Origin: Lepidodermella squamata
Taxonomy: Eukaryota; Animalia; Gastrotricha
NCBI GenBank assembly: GCA_047495785.1
Contig: JBLDXI010000115.1
Coordinates: forward strand, 1 to 19,346
Reading direction: 5' to 3'
Length of the DNA: 19,346 nt
Under the pieces are notes generated by a model. That model had not been told where the DNA came from and searched no databases. It was given only the letters and a program-made list of their open reading frames with translations. How positions within the stretch are numbered: the stretch's first letter is position 1; each line of letters begins with the position of its first letter. Below are positions 18,108-19,346 of the stretch, piece after piece. The translations under genes were made by a program, and so were the position numbers.

Positions 18108-19346
18108 ATGGCTTCAAGCGGCTCAGAGTGGACCATTGTTGGAAAGACGTGCATTGTCACAGGCGCTAACTGCGGCATCGGCAAATTCACGGTCATTCAG
18201 CTGGCGCGGAAAGGAGCGGCACGTATCATCATGGCATGCCGATCGATGGAACGAGCTGAAGAAGCTTTGAAAGGTATGTGAGGGTGGCATCATAAGGGAA
18301 GGTCAAATGTCAAATTCAGGAAATGGTATCGGTATTTATGGTAGAAGTAGGTTTCTCGAACTACGGGTTATTTTATGACTATGCAAAGGGTCCCTTCGGT
18401 CTTTTGGAATTTTCCACATTGGCTTTGTGAACTGAAGGGTACGATACCTCCATTCCTCCCGTTACTTCGCACACTATTGGGAAAGCTCATAGTGTCTTTG
18501 TCACTTGCTTGCTTACGAAAGGTTCCCATGTCACAAAACTTTGCTGGCACGCAACAAATCCATGGTTGCTTCTATCGCCCGTTCCCTGTGCCCAAACGAT
18601 AGCTTATAAGCTCACTTTGCTTTTTGTCTAAAAACCGACAAGGGTTCCGTAATTTGACCTTTGACATTTGAACACGCACGTTTTCAAGACAAAGACTATG
18701 AAATTAACGCGAAATTTTTTATTTCCAGATATCCGAAACGCAGTGGGTGATAAATGCGACATCTCTATCCGAAAGTTGGACCTCAGCTCTTTGAAGAGTG
18801 TCCGGTCCTTTGCGGAGGAGATCATAGCCTCTGAAGCAAAGCTGGATGTTCTGGTCAACAATGCAGCCCTGTTGCAGCCCGATAATTGCTATGAACTGAG
18901 CGAGGATGGCTTCGAAATGACCTTCGCGACCAATTTCCTCGGGCCGTTTCTTCTCACGAATCTGCTTCTTGATTTGATGAAGAAATCCGGCACGGCCAGG
19001 ATTGTCAATGTCACATCGCAAGCGTATCAAGCGGCCTATCCTAAGGGCTTTGACGTAGACGATGTGAATCAGGAAAAGTTCCGCCGCAAGAACGGTAATT
19101 TCTCTTACTGGCGAGCTTATGCCCAATCGAAATTGGCCATCATTCTGTACACACGCTACTTGAATAAGCAACTGGGCGATCAAAGTGGAATCTCAGTTTT
19201 CAGCCTTCATCCCGGCGAAGTTAGGACCAACATTGTCCGACACCACAAGATGAATTTCATCAAAGTTTGGCTCAAATTGCTCGGCAAGGATCTCGAGCTG
19301 GGTGGAGCAGATGTCCCAGTATTCTGCGCCTGTGAACCTGGGATTG
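18108..19346 (+). CDS. Inverted duplicate of the RDH-like SDR gene, 3'-incomplete at the window end; exons 18108-18273 and 18729 onward
   Basis: Mirror of 3030-1792: TGANCGIG exon, GTATGT...TTCCAG intron, NNAA and YAQSK motifs; the frame runs off the window. Confidence 0.88.

Larger units (their letters stand above)
13938..19346. repeat. Right arm of the inverted duplication (reverse complement of 1792-7200), open at the window end
   Basis: Same translations on the opposite strand; spot checks of introns and intergenic DNA showed no differences; 6737-bp unique spacer (7201-13937). Confidence 0.97.

Noticed and set aside
1792-19346. The long inverted arms as terminal repeats of a giant transposon carrying the peptide array
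   Set aside because: The arms consist of ordinary host genes, one is cut mid-gene, and no transposase, integrase or target-site duplication is visible.
1-19346. Prokaryotic features (CRISPR arrays, operons with RBS, bacterial pLGICs), tRNA or rRNA genes
   Set aside because: Spliceosomal introns, poly(A) signals and true Cys-loops indicate an animal genome; no repeat-spacer array or structural RNA signature was seen.

Overview
Eukaryotic, almost certainly animal, DNA from a very compact gene region with short GT-AG introns; the taxon cannot be fixed from sequence alone. The unique content, left to right, is: (1) an AT-rich non-coding stretch with a degenerate (CCCTAA)n tract; (2) a two-exon RDH11-14-like short-chain dehydrogenase gene (-); (3) three tandem, highly divergent two-exon Cys-loop ligand-gated ion channel (pLGIC) subunit genes (+); (4) an array of nine small genes (-) encoding secreted prepropeptides (signal peptide, usually an acidic spacer, then a basic/aromatic Trp-containing C-terminal segment, no Cys after the signal peptide), eight with their own AATAAA; (5) the last exon of a conventional GABA-A/glycine/GluCl-type receptor subunit (-). 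Positions 13938-19346 are an apparently exact inverted copy of 1792-7200 (p maps to 21138-p). It truncates the anion-channel gene and the copied third pLGIC, and may be a real recent inverted duplication or an amplification/assembly chimera. The best candidate for a new system is the nine-peptide array lying between orphan pLGICs and a canonical Cys-loop subunit.
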